Positions 38,017-47,219 of a stretch of DNA of 64,000 nucleotides are shown here, piece after piece (positions within the stretch are counted from its first letter, which is position 1; each line of letters begins with the position of its first letter). The notes under the pieces are model-generated. The model ran no database searches, was not told where the DNA came from, and worked only from the letters and a program-made list of their open reading frames with translations. This DNA comes from Candidatus Scatovivens sp. GTDB taxonomy: Bacteria; Bacillota; Clostridia; TANB77; CAG-508. The translations under genes were made by a program, and so were the position numbers. The DNA lies in the NCBI GenBank assembly GCA_045646345.1, contig JAZRKN010000005.1:13594-77593 (forward strand). The letters run 5' to 3'.

Positions 38017-39534
38017 ATGATAAAGAAAAATTTATTTAAATCAGTTCGTGCAAAATTGTTTTTAACTTTATGTATTGTTATTTTAATGATTATTTTCTTT
38101 TTTATAGTAATAAATAATACTGTTTTAGAAACATTGTATTATTATTCAAAAAAAGAAGCTGCTTTAGAAATGTATGAATATGTAAATTCAAATATTCCTA
38201 AAGAAATTAAAGAAGAAGAAAAAAGTAAATACGATTCTAGTTTAGAAAGATTATCAGTAAATAACAATTTTGAGATTTTAATTGTAGATGGTGAAAATAC
38301 TGTATATGCTACAAATAAAAATTATATATCTGAATTTGGAACAATAAATGAAATTACATACAATATTGATTACAGTATATTTAATAAAACAGATATAATG
38401 TATTCAAAAGACAATTTAAGTATTAGAAAAATTGCTAATAAGAAAAATGGAATTTATTATATTTTAGTAAATTCGATTTTAGAAAATGGAAATGAATTTT
38501 ATCTAAGAACTCCTGTTGCTCCAATTCAAGAAAGTGCATCTCTTTCAAATAGATTTATTTATGTATTAGGATTTGCAGCAATTATTATGGGTGGAATCGC
38601 TATAATGTTTATAACAGAAAGATTTACTAAACCAATTGAAGAGTTAAACGAAATTGCTAATGAAATGAGTAAATTAAATTTCAAAAGAAAATATAGAATT
38701 AATGACAATGAAGATGAAATTGATGAGCTAGGTAAGAGTATAAATACATTATCAGACAAATTAGAAGAAACAATCAATCAATTGAAAATTAATAATTCTG
38801 AACTTGAAAAAGATATTGAAGCAAAATCAAAAATTGATGAAATGAGAAAACAATTTATTTCAGATGTATCACATGAATTAAAAACTCCAATTGCGTTAAT
38901 TCAAGGATATGCAGAAGGATTGGTAGAAAATGTAAATTCAGATGAAGAATCTAAGAAATTCTATGCAGAAGTAATTTTAGATGAAGCTAATAAAATGGAT
39001 AAATTGGTAAAACGTTTATTAGAACTTATGAAACTTGAATATGAGGACAGAAAATTTAATGATCAAAAATTCGATTTAGTAGAATTGATTCATTCTGTTG
39101 TAAAGAATTCAAAAGTGGTTTTATCAGAACAAAAAATTAATGTAGATTTTAATGAGGAAAATCCAATTTATGTTTATGCTGATGATTTCTATATCGAACA
39201 AGTTGTTACAAATTACTTTACTAATGCAATAAAAAATGCAGAAGAAGTAGAGAAAGTAAAAGAAATAAAAATTACTATCAAAAAGAGTAAAGAGCTAGGA
39301 AAATATAGAGTTTCAGTATTTAATACTGGAAAGAAAATTGATGAAGAAAATTTAAATAGAATTTGGACAAGATTTTATAAAGTTGATTCAGCAAGAACTC
39401 GTTCTAAAGGTGGAACAGGAATTGGGTTAGCTTTAGTAAAAGCTATTATGACAAAATATAATAGTGCTTATGGAGTGAAAAATAAGAAAAATGGTGTTGA
39501 ATTTTACTTCGATATTCAAGAAGCTAAAAGTTAG
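38017..39534 (+). CDS. sensor histidine kinase (2 TM, HAMP, HisKA, HATPase_c)
   Basis: SHELKTPIALIQGY H-box and GGTGIGLALVKAI G2 box. Confidence 0.9.
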   Translation: MIKKNLFKSVRAKLFLTLCIVILMIIFFFIVINNTVLETLYYYSKKEAALEMYEYVNSNIPKEIKEEEKSKYDSSLERLSVNNNFEILIVDGENTVYATNKNYISEFGTINEITYNIDYSIFNKTDIMYSKDNLSIRKIANKKNGIYYILVNSILENGNEFYLRTPVAPIQESASLSNRFIYVLGFAAIIMGGIAIMFITERFTKPIEELNEIANEMSKLNFKRKYRINDNEDEIDELGKSINTLSDKLEETINQLKINNSELEKDIEAKSKIDEMRKQFISDVSHELKTPIALIQGYAEGLVENVNSDEESKKFYAEVILDEANKMDKLVKRLLELMKLEYEDRKFNDQKFDLVELIHSVVKNSKVVLSEQKINVDFNEENPIYVYADDFYIEQVVTNYFTNAIKNAEEVEKVKEIKITIKKSKELGKYRVSVFNTGKKIDEENLNRIWTRFYKVDSARTRSKGGTGIGLALVKAIMTKYNSAYGVKNKKNGVEFYFDIQEAKS

Positions 39535-39537
39535 AAG

Positions 39538-39556
39538 AATTCACACAAAAATCACA
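39538..39556 (+). repeat. right copy of AATTCACACAAAAA, plus a second TCACA 11 bp downstream
   Basis: AATTCACACAAAAATCACA, with TCACA at 39541 and 39552 (11-bp phasing). It ends 10 nt upstream of the -35 at 39566. Confidence 0.9.
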
Positions 39557-39565
39557 TTTGAAATA

Positions 39566-39594
39566 TTGACTAATAAAAATTAATTTGATAAAAT
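39566..39594 (+). promoter_or_regulatory. sigma-A type promoter for the HExxH gene
   Basis: TTGACT-17 nt-(TGa)TAAAAT. Confidence 0.55.
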
Positions 39595-39628
39595 TTAGTT
39601 GAAAATAAATAACGGATATCATAGGAGA

Positions 39629-39671
39629 GGGGCTGAACTCTAAACAAGTTTTTGTGGTAGGGTTTAGCCCC
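39629..39671 (+). promoter_or_regulatory. GC-rich 10-bp stem hairpin in the leader of the HExxH gene
   Basis: ggggctgaac ... gtttagcccc with a 23-nt loop and no T-run. It is not a terminator. Confidence 0.5.
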
Positions 39672-39712
39672 GATTGATTTGTATAGACATATAATATAGA
39701 AAGGAAATTTTT

Positions 39713-40453
39713 ATGAAGTTAGGAGTTACAATAATTGCTATACTTACAATTGGATACTTAATATTTTTGTTCAGAGATTATATTATATGGTTTTTTAATG
39801 CGGCAAAAGTTACTTTCTTAAATCAAAAGGGAGTAAAAGATATTCAAAAAAAAGGAATGAATACTAGAAATTTAAAAAATGAAGATATAAAAAAATATAT
39901 TGAAATAGCAAAAAAATCACTTGATAAAATAAATGTAGATTACAATAGAAATTTTATATTGAATCAAGAATTAGAAAGACATTTAAGATATTCAAGATTT
40001 TCTGAAAAGTATGTACTTGAATTATTACATGAAATTTTAGAATATATGGGATTAAATAAAGATAATATAATTTTAAAAGTTAATTATATTTCGAGTAAAT
40101 ACTATATGCAATATGCTGGAATGTATTCAGAAAAGTTAGAGCATACAGATGATAAACAGATTTTAATAAATATTCAAAATGATATGACAATGGATACTGT
40201 GATTTCAATACTTGCTCATGAATGTACACATCATTTGTTATTATCAAATAATATTAAAATGAAAGAAAGATTACAAAATGAATGCTTAACAGATATTACA
40301 GCTATTATTCTTGGATTTGGAAAATTTATGGTAGAAGGCTATAAAATTTCCAATAGAGTAATATATGATGAAGAATTTCATAGAAGTATCAAAAAAGATA
40401 GGGTGGGATATTTAAGCTATAAAGATGTTAAATATGCAATAAAAAATAGATAA
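39713..40453 (+). CDS. membrane-anchored putative zinc metallopeptidase (HExxH)
   Basis: N-terminal TM helix. ILAHECTHHLL (HExxH), with a downstream NECLTD as a possible third ligand. Confidence 0.5.
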   Translation: MKLGVTIIAILTIGYLIFLFRDYIIWFFNAAKVTFLNQKGVKDIQKKGMNTRNLKNEDIKKYIEIAKKSLDKINVDYNRNFILNQELERHLRYSRFSEKYVLELLHEILEYMGLNKDNIILKVNYISSKYYMQYAGMYSEKLEHTDDKQILINIQNDMTMDTVISILAHECTHHLLLSNNIKMKERLQNECLTDITAIILGFGKFMVEGYKISNRVIYDEEFHRSIKKDRVGYLSYKDVKYAIKNR

Positions 40454-40458
40454 AACGA

Positions 40459-40484
40459 AAGACCTAGGTTGTTACCTAGGTCTT
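40459..40484. terminator. hairpin terminator shared by convergent genes
   Basis: Stem aagacctagg/cctaggtctt. It contains the stop codon of the minus-strand gene. Confidence 0.6.
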
Positions 40485-40696
40485 TGTTGTGATACTGTTG
40501 GTAGGTTGATTCGAATTTTTCTTAAAACACGCCATTCGCCTTTTTCTTCTATAATATAGGCTTTAATTTCAGGGTATTTGTCGGTTTTTCGTAATTTTTT
40601 TAACCGTTTGTCAGCATCATCTTGGCTTTTTTCATAAAAAACGCTAGTAAATGTTGTTTCCATGAGTGTTTGCCATCCTTTCGAAATTTTCGACAT
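40472..40696 (-). CDS. hypothetical small basic protein (compositionally foreign), 74 aa or 63 aa
   Basis: ATG 40696 lies 6 nt after the -10 hexamer, giving a possible leaderless mRNA. The alternative ATG 40663 follows AAGGA. Confidence 0.5.
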   Translation of the reverse strand: MSKISKGWQTLMETTFTSVFYEKSQDDADKRLKKLRKTDKYPEIKAYIIEEKGEWRVLRKIRINLPTVSQQRPR

Positions 40697-40702
40697 AACA
40701 AT

Positions 40703-40731
40703 AATATAACATAATTTACATAATTTTGCAA
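40703..40731 (-). promoter_or_regulatory. sigma-A type promoter homologous to the one at 25259-25287
   Basis: Minus strand reads TTGCAA-AATTATGTAAATTATGT-TATATT. 14 contiguous spacer nt are identical to the 25.2-kb promoter, in the same register. Confidence 0.6.
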
Positions 40732-40742
40732 CTGCGTGCTTT

Positions 40743-41456
40743 TTATTCTATTTCAAGCAAACTTTTTACTTTTTCTATTTCTTCAGGAGTAGGAGAAGGA
40801 ACATTTTCTAATTCGTACGGAACTCCGATTTCTTTCCATTTGAATTTTCCTAAACTATGATAAGGTAATAGTTCCACTTTTTCTACATTAGAAAGAGTAG
40901 AGATGAATTTTTTTAAATCTAATAAATCAAATTTATCATCAGTATAACCAGGAACTATTACTTGTCTAATCCAAACTGGTAAATTTATATTACTTAAATA
41001 TTTTGCAAATTCTAATGTGTTTTTGTTTGTATAACCGGTAAGATCTACACATTTTTCTGGATTAATATGTTTAATATCTAATAAAACAAGATCGGTATAT
41101 TTTAATAATTCTTTTATTGGTTCTGAAAGAGGTAGTGCACCTGATGTGTCTAATGCAGTATGGAAACCTAATGATTTTAAATCTTTGAAAAGTTCTGTTA
41201 TAAACGCGGTTTGTAATAATGGTTCTCCACCAGAGACTGTGATACCACCACCAGAAGTATCAATATAAGATTTATATTTTGTGATTTCTTTAATTAGTTC
41301 TTCTTTAGAAACTGTTTTACCACCATGTACGTTCCATGTGTCTCTATTATGGCAATATTTACATTTTAGTGTACAGCCTTGCATGAATATAACGAATCTA
41401 ATTCCAGGTCCATCAACAGTACCAAATGTTTCTATTGAATGTATTTTTCCGTTCAT
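40743..41456 (-). CDS. pflA: pyruvate formate-lyase activating enzyme
   Basis: Radical-SAM CTLKCKYCHN motif; 237 aa; adjacent to pflB. Confidence 0.92.
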   Translation of the reverse strand: MNGKIHSIETFGTVDGPGIRFVIFMQGCTLKCKYCHNRDTWNVHGGKTVSKEELIKEITKYKSYIDTSGGGITVSGGEPLLQTAFITELFKDLKSLGFHTALDTSGALPLSEPIKELLKYTDLVLLDIKHINPEKCVDLTGYTNKNTLEFAKYLSNINLPVWIRQVIVPGYTDDKFDLLDLKKFISTLSNVEKVELLPYHSLGKFKWKEIGVPYELENVPSPTPEEIEKVKSLLEIE

Positions 41457-41510
41457 AAATAAGTCTCCTTGTCTATATATTAATCCTTACAATTACATTA
41501 TAAAAAAAGA

Positions 41511-41540
41511 ATTAAAAAAAGGCAAACATTTTTGTTTGCC
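41511..41540 (-). terminator. intrinsic terminator/attenuator between pflB and pflA
   Basis: Stem ggcaaac/gtttgcc, with T7 on the minus strand. Confidence 0.6.
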
Positions 41541-41559
41541 TTTTAAAAATCTATTTTAA

Positions 41560-43794
41560 TTAGATACTTTCATGAATAGTTCTATTGATAACATCTAATT
41601 GTTGTTCTCTTGTTAGTTTTACAAAGTTAACTGCATATCCTGAAACTCTGATTGTTAATTGAGGATATTTTTCTGGATGTTCCATTGCATCTTCAAGTAA
41701 TGCTTTGTCAAATACGTTAACATTAATGTGATGACTGAATTTTGAGAAGTATCCATCAAGTAATGCTGTTAAGTTTGTAATTCTAGATTTTTCGTCTTTT
41801 CCTAAAGCTTTAGGAACTACGGCAAAAGTATATGAAATTCCATCTTCTGCGTGTTTATATGGTAATTTAGTCATAGTATTAAGTACTGCTAAAGCACCAT
41901 GTGTATCTCTTCCGTGAATTGGGTTTGCACCAGGACCAAAAGGTTGACCAGCTTGTCTTCCGTCTGGAGTTGTTCCAGTTGCTTTTCCATAAACAACATT
42001 TGATGTGATAGTTAATATTGACATTGTTGGTTTTGAATTTCTATAAGTTGGTTGTTGTTTTAATTTATTCATAAACATTTTTACTATATCAACGGCAATA
42101 GAATCAACTCTATCATCATCATTTCCATATTTAGGGAAGTCACCTTCAACTTTGTAGTCTACAGCTAATCCTGTAGCATCTCTGATAACTTTTACTTTTG
42201 CATATTTCATTGCTGAGAATGAATCTGCAACAATTGAAAGTCCTGCGATACCACAAGCCATTGTTCTTAATATTTCTTTGTCATGTAATGCCATTTCTAG
42301 TTTTTCATAACAATATTTGTCATGCATGTAATGGATGATATTTAATGCGTTTATATAAACTCTAGCAACCCAATCACACATATTTTCAAATTTTTCCCAA
42401 ACATCATCATAATCTAAATATTCTGATGTAACTGGTACTGTTTTACTTGTGATTTGTTTTCCAGAGATTTCATCTCTACCACCATTAATTGCATATAATA
42501 ATGTTTTTGCAAGGTTTGCTCTAGCACCAAAGAATTGCATTTGTTTACCAATTCTCATAGCAGAAACACAACAAGCTATTCCATAATCGTCACCCCAATA
42601 TTCTCTCATTAAATCGTCATTTTCATATTGGATTGAACTTGTTTTTATAGATAATTTTGAACAATAATTTTTGAATCCTTTTGGTAATTTTGTTGACCAA
42701 AGAACTGTTAAGTTTGGCTCTGGAGCAGGGCCTAATGTTTCTAATGTATGAAGCATTCTAAAGGCGTTTTTTGTAACTAATGTTCTTCCATCAATACCCA
42801 TACCACCGATACTTTCAGTAACCCAAACTGGATCTCCACTGAATAATTCATCATATTCTGGTGTTCTTAAGAATCTAACCATTCTTAATTTCATAACAAA
42901 GTGATCCATTATTTCTTGAGCATCTTCTTCAGTTAAAACTCCTGATTTTAAATCTCTTTCAAAATAAATATCTAAGAAAGTAGCAACTCTACCTAAACTC
43001 ATAGCTGCACCATTTTGTTCTTTGATTGCTCCTAAGTAACCAAAATATGTCCATTGAACAGCTTCTTTTGCATTTTTTGCAGGAACTGAAATATCAAATC
43101 CATATTTTTTTGCCATTACTTTTAATTCTTCTAATGCTAATATTTGATCAAAATGTTCTTCTCTTTGTTTAACTAATTCTTCTGTTATAGAAGCGTGAGC
43201 TAAACTTTCTAAATCTTTTTTCTTTTCTTCAATTAAGAAGTCAACACCATAAAGAGCAACTCTTCTATAGTCACCAATGATTCTTCCACGGCCATAACCA
43301 TCAGGAAGACCAGTTATTAAGTGTGAGCTTCTAGCAGCTCTTATTTCTGGAGTATAAGCAGTGAAAACACCGTCATTATGTGTTCTTCTATAATTATGAT
43401 AGATATCTGCTAAGTTGTCTGCGATTTTTTCATTATAAGCTCCACATGATTTTTCAACAATTCTAATACCACCATTTGGCATAATTGCTCTTTTTAATGG
43501 TTCTTCTGTTTGAAGCCCAACAATTTGTTCTAGATTTTTATCTATAAAACCAGCTTCATGGCTAGAAATTGTAGAAGCAACGTCTGTTGATATAGCTAAT
43601 ACACCACCAGCTTCTCTTTCTTTTTTATATAGCTCTAAAACTTCGTCCCAAAGCTTTAATGTTCTTTCTGTAGCTCCAGCTAAGAAAGATGCATCACCTT
43701 CATAAGGTGTGTAGTTCTTTTGAATGAAGTCTCTAACATTTACTTCATTTTCCCAAGAACCAGAATTGAAGTTATTCCATTCTTCAAATCTCAT
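41560..43794 (-). CDS. pflB: formate C-acetyltransferase (pyruvate formate-lyase)
   Basis: Glycyl-radical RVSGYAVNF and catalytic GIACCVSAM motifs; 744 aa. Confidence 0.95.
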   Translation of the reverse strand: MRFEEWNNFNSGSWENEVNVRDFIQKNYTPYEGDASFLAGATERTLKLWDEVLELYKKEREAGGVLAISTDVASTISSHEAGFIDKNLEQIVGLQTEEPLKRAIMPNGGIRIVEKSCGAYNEKIADNLADIYHNYRRTHNDGVFTAYTPEIRAARSSHLITGLPDGYGRGRIIGDYRRVALYGVDFLIEEKKKDLESLAHASITEELVKQREEHFDQILALEELKVMAKKYGFDISVPAKNAKEAVQWTYFGYLGAIKEQNGAAMSLGRVATFLDIYFERDLKSGVLTEEDAQEIMDHFVMKLRMVRFLRTPEYDELFSGDPVWVTESIGGMGIDGRTLVTKNAFRMLHTLETLGPAPEPNLTVLWSTKLPKGFKNYCSKLSIKTSSIQYENDDLMREYWGDDYGIACCVSAMRIGKQMQFFGARANLAKTLLYAINGGRDEISGKQITSKTVPVTSEYLDYDDVWEKFENMCDWVARVYINALNIIHYMHDKYCYEKLEMALHDKEILRTMACGIAGLSIVADSFSAMKYAKVKVIRDATGLAVDYKVEGDFPKYGNDDDRVDSIAVDIVKMFMNKLKQQPTYRNSKPTMSILTITSNVVYGKATGTTPDGRQAGQPFGPGANPIHGRDTHGALAVLNTMTKLPYKHAEDGISYTFAVVPKALGKDEKSRITNLTALLDGYFSKFSHHINVNVFDKALLEDAMEHPEKYPQLTIRVSGYAVNFVKLTREQQLDVINRTIHESI

Positions 43795-44065
43795 AAGTCC
43801 CTCCTTGTAAATCTATGATATTTTTAACATTTCTGTTAAAGGTTATTCAATCTATTTTTTCCAATTACAAATTCTAACATAATGATGTGTTTTTTTCAAT
43901 AGGGGGAAATGTAACTTTTTTGTGATTAATTTGTGTTTCCGAAAAGAAAGCTGAGAAAATAGGAATATTTCCTAAAAAAATATTGTGAAAATTTCTACAA
44001 TAATTGACATGAATTTTTAATAAATATATAATGCTATTGAAGAAAAAAATAAAGAGGTAAAAAGT

Positions 44066-44641
44066 ATGAAAATTATATTAGCGTCACAATCACCAAGAAG
44101 AGCTGCATTATTAGATCTAGCAAAAGTAGATTTTGAAGTAATGCCAAGTAGTTTTGAAGAAAAAATTAGAAATGGAATGAATATTGAAGAACAAGCCAAA
44201 GAACTTGCATATGGAAAAGCATTAGAAGTTTTTAATAATACACAAGGGGATAGAACAATTATTGGTGCTGATACAATTGTTGTAAAAGATAATAGAGTTT
44301 ATGGAAAACCAAAGGATAGAGCTGATGCAATAAGAATGCTTAAAGAATTACAAGGTGATTATCATGTTGTATATACAAGTTTATCTATATTAATAGAAGA
44401 TCATGAAGAATATAAAGAATATAAAGAAATTTCTAAAACATTGATTGAAGTGGCTCCTATGACAGATGACGAAATAAAAGAATATGTAGATTCAGAAGAA
44501 CCATATGATAAAGCAGGAAGTTATGCGATTCAAAGTTATTTTAGTAGATATATTGAAAAAATTGATGGTAATTATATGAGCGTTATTGGACTTCCAATCG
44601 ATAAAGTTTATAAAATTTTAAAAGAAAATGAAATAATCTAA
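44066..44641 (+). CDS. maf: Maf-family nucleoside triphosphate pyrophosphatase
   Basis: ILASQSPRRAALL and YDKAGSYAIQ motifs. Confidence 0.9.
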   Translation: MKIILASQSPRRAALLDLAKVDFEVMPSSFEEKIRNGMNIEEQAKELAYGKALEVFNNTQGDRTIIGADTIVVKDNRVYGKPKDRADAIRMLKELQGDYHVVYTSLSILIEDHEEYKEYKEISKTLIEVAPMTDDEIKEYVDSEEPYDKAGSYAIQSYFSRYIEKIDGNYMSVIGLPIDKVYKILKENEII

Positions 44642-44643
44642 AA

Positions 44644-44679
44644 TAAAAAAAGACTTTTGATATTCAAAAGTCTTTTTTG
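44644..44679. terminator. bidirectional intrinsic terminator
   Basis: Stem aagacttttga/tcaaaagtctt flanked by an A-run and a T-run. Confidence 0.75.
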
Positions 44680-44685
44680 TTTTTA

Positions 44686-44958
44686 TTAATTTCCCATTTT
44701 TGCAAATACAGTAAATTGCAACGCTTTTTTTACAGTACTCCATTCTTCGGTTGGAATATCTGATACATAGATATATTTAGATTTTGTTTGAGTAACTTCG
44801 AAGATATCTATATTAGCATATCTACTGTTTGCTTCGAATATATCATCATTATTATTTAATGCAACATAATTTTTTCCATTTTCTTGACAAGTGAATGAAA
44901 AAATTAATTCCATATTTAAAACTTCGCCATTTTCATTTAAAATTTCTATACTTTTCAT
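44686..44958 (-). CDS. DUF1292-family small protein
   Basis: The pattern ILNENGEVLNMELIFSF...GKNYVAL...IFE is typical of DUF1292. Confidence 0.6.
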   Translation of the reverse strand: MKSIEILNENGEVLNMELIFSFTCQENGKNYVALNNNDDIFEANSRYANIDIFEVTQTKSKYIYVSDIPTEEWSTVKKALQFTVFAKMGN

Positions 44959-45002
44959 ATTATTAATTTGTTAATAAATAATATTAACTTCTCCTTTGTA
45001 TT

Positions 45003-45365
45003 TTAATTAATAGGTGTTAATGTTTGGAAGAATGGATTTGAAAGAATATCTTCATCAGATATTTTTTCTTCAGCATTTCCTACAGCAGTTTCTGAATTTT
45101 TAGATACAGTTTCTGCTGGAACTTCTCTATATATTCCTAAAATTTTTCTCATTTTTTCAATAGTTAATACATTCGCTTTATATAAAACTAATGAAGATTT
45201 TCGAGGAATATAATTAAAATTACCAACTTGTACAGTAACGTTTGAAGTTTTATAAGTTTCAACTAATTTCGAAGTTAAAAGATTTGTATTATAAAAAGCT
45301 TTTAAAGTTTCTAAATCTTGTTTTAATAATACAAGAGATCCTGTACAAGGAAAAACTACTTTCAT
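45003..45365 (-). CDS. hypothetical protein
   Basis: 120-aa ORF with native composition. No motif recognised. Confidence 0.4.
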   Translation of the reverse strand: MKVVFPCTGSLVLLKQDLETLKAFYNTNLLTSKLVETYKTSNVTVQVGNFNYIPRKSSLVLYKANVLTIEKMRKILGIYREVPAETVSKNSETAVGNAEEKISDEDILSNPFFQTLTPIN

Positions 45366-45507
45366 TTTTAATTCACCATCCTAAGTATAATATATATTTC
45401 ATCTTAACAATAATATGTTTTTTTTTCAATATATTTTTTTATAAATTTGAGTAGAAGGTTAAAAAAATATATGTTATAATGCAAGAAAAAAAAGAAGAGG
45501 GAAGAAA

Positions 45508-46005
45508 ATGAAATTAAATATAGTTTTAGTAGAACCAGAAATACCACAAAATACAGGGAATATTGCAAGAACATGTGCTGCAATTGGAGCAAAATTACAT
45601 TTGGTATATCCACTTGGCTTTTCAATTTCAGAAAGAGAAGTAAAAAGAGCTGGCTTAGATTATTGGGATAAATTGGATATAGAAGAACATACAAGTTTTT
45701 CTAAATTTTTAGAAAAATATAAACCAGAAGAAAATAATATGTTTTTTGTCACAACAAAAGGAAAAAATGTGTATTCTGATGTTGATTATTCAGAAATGGA
45801 TGAAGTTTTTTGCTTATTTGGAAAAGAAACAAAAGGATTACCAGAAGATATTTTAAAAGAATATCTAGATAAGACAATAAGAATTCCGATGAGAGAAACA
45901 CTACGTTCTTTAAATTTGTCAAATTCGGTTGCTATTGTAGCATATGATATATTTAGACAATGTGACTTTTACAATATGGAAGAGATAAGTTCTTATTTTG
46001 AATAA
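45508..46005 (+). CDS. trmL: tRNA (cytidine/uridine-2'-O-)-methyltransferase TrmL
   Basis: 165 aa, SpoU class. IVLVEPEIPQNTGNIARTCAA and LNLSNSVAIVAY motifs. Confidence 0.85.
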   Translation: MKLNIVLVEPEIPQNTGNIARTCAAIGAKLHLVYPLGFSISEREVKRAGLDYWDKLDIEEHTSFSKFLEKYKPEENNMFFVTTKGKNVYSDVDYSEMDEVFCLFGKETKGLPEDILKEYLDKTIRIPMRETLRSLNLSNSVAIVAYDIFRQCDFYNMEEISSYFE

Positions 46006-46096
46006 ACTTTTATTTAAATAAAACTATTTATTTTTTATAGAGTTTAGTATAAAATTAATAAAGAAAAATAACTATTATAATTCAAGGAGGAATTTT

Positions 46097-46330
46097 ATGA
46101 AAAAAATAATTTCAATAATATCATTAATAGTAGTATTACTAGTATTAGCAGTATTTTTAACAGGATGTACATTAACATTTGAAGCAACTGATAACTCAGT
46201 TTCTGCAACTGTTGATGGAGAAACAACTGAAAAAGTTGATAATGTAATTGATTGGATAAAAGAAAGAATAGAAAGAGTATTTAATACAGACTCAAATTCA
46301 GAATCAGCTTCTGGTTCAGAAGTAGTTTAA
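46097..46330 (+). CDS. small lipoprotein
   Basis: Signal peptide with lipobox LTGC. Confidence 0.55.
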   Translation: MKKIISIISLIVVLLVLAVFLTGCTLTFEATDNSVSATVDGETTEKVDNVIDWIKERIERVFNTDSNSESASGSEVV

Positions 46331-46344
46331 TTTTGGGAGGCAAT

Positions 46345-47154
46345 ATGAGAAAAAATATTTCGATTATACTAGTAGTATTAATGAGTGTATTATTTGTTTT
46401 TACTGGATGCAGTGAAACTGATAATACAACTACAACATCATCTTCAAATAATATAAACACTACTCAAACAAATACAGTAGATGAAGCAGAAATTGAAGAG
46501 GGAGAAAAAATTCTAAACGAATTTGATTATAAAACTGCTGCAGATAAGCAAATGGCAATGCCACAAGATGGAGAAACAGTTGCTACTATAAAAGTAAAAG
46601 GTTATGGAGATATTAAAGTTAAATTCTTTCCGGAAATAGCACCTAAAGCAGTAGAAAATTTTACTACACATGCAAAAAATGGTTATTATAACGGAGTAAC
46701 ATTCCATAGAGTAATAGATGAATTTATGATTCAAGGTGGAGACCCAGAAGGAACAGGTATGGGAGGAGAAAGTATTTGGGGAACAGGATTTGGCCCAGAA
46801 CTTGCTCTTGAATTAGTTCCGTATAGAGGATCTCTATGTATGGCTATGTCAAGTTTGCCAAATAGTATTGGTAGTCAATTTTTTATAACACAAGCTAATT
46901 ATTCTGATTATATTAACTCATATTATAAAAGTTCAGGTTTTCCAGCTGGATTGTTAGAACAATATAAAATTCATGGTGGATATATAGGTTTATATTTACA
47001 ATATACTGTTTTTGGACAAGTATACGAAGGAATGGATGTAGTTGATAGAATTGCTAAAGTAACAACTTATTCAGAAGAAGAGGGACAAGCAGACAAACCT
47101 AAAAAAGATGTAATTATAGAAAAAATAGAAGTTACAACTTATAAAGGAAAATAA
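46345..47154 (+). CDS. cyclophilin-type peptidyl-prolyl isomerase, lipoprotein
   Basis: Lipobox FTGC. FHRVIDEFMIQGGDP and SQFFIT motifs. ATG 46345 follows GGGAGG. Confidence 0.88.
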   Translation: MRKNISIILVVLMSVLFVFTGCSETDNTTTTSSSNNINTTQTNTVDEAEIEEGEKILNEFDYKTAADKQMAMPQDGETVATIKVKGYGDIKVKFFPEIAPKAVENFTTHAKNGYYNGVTFHRVIDEFMIQGGDPEGTGMGGESIWGTGFGPELALELVPYRGSLCMAMSSLPNSIGSQFFITQANYSDYINSYYKSSGFPAGLLEQYKIHGGYIGLYLQYTVFGQVYEGMDVVDRIAKVTTYSEEEGQADKPKKDVIIEKIEVTTYKGK

Positions 47155-47161
47155 ATTTAAA

Positions 47162-47194
47162 ATGGATACTTTTAAAAAAGAGTATCCATTTTTT
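47162..47194 (+). terminator. intrinsic terminator
   Basis: Stem atggatact/agtatccat plus T5. Confidence 0.75.
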
Positions 47195-47219
47195 AGGAAT
47201 TGGGTAAAGGAGAAATAAA

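Noticed and set aside
43822-43842. 7-bp inverted repeat TTTAACA-N4-TGTTAAA in the pflB leader.
   Set aside because: Its half-sites are in the reverse arrangement to the clostridial Rex motif. It is a short AT-rich palindrome that is plausible by chance, so it is noted only.
43983-44000. Rex-like box TTGTGAAAATTTCTACAA between pflB and maf.
   Set aside because: The right half-site has two mismatches. The site lies about 100 nt upstream of the best pflB promoter (TTGAAA-17-TAGAAT on the minus strand) and abuts the maf -35 instead. That is too weak to call.
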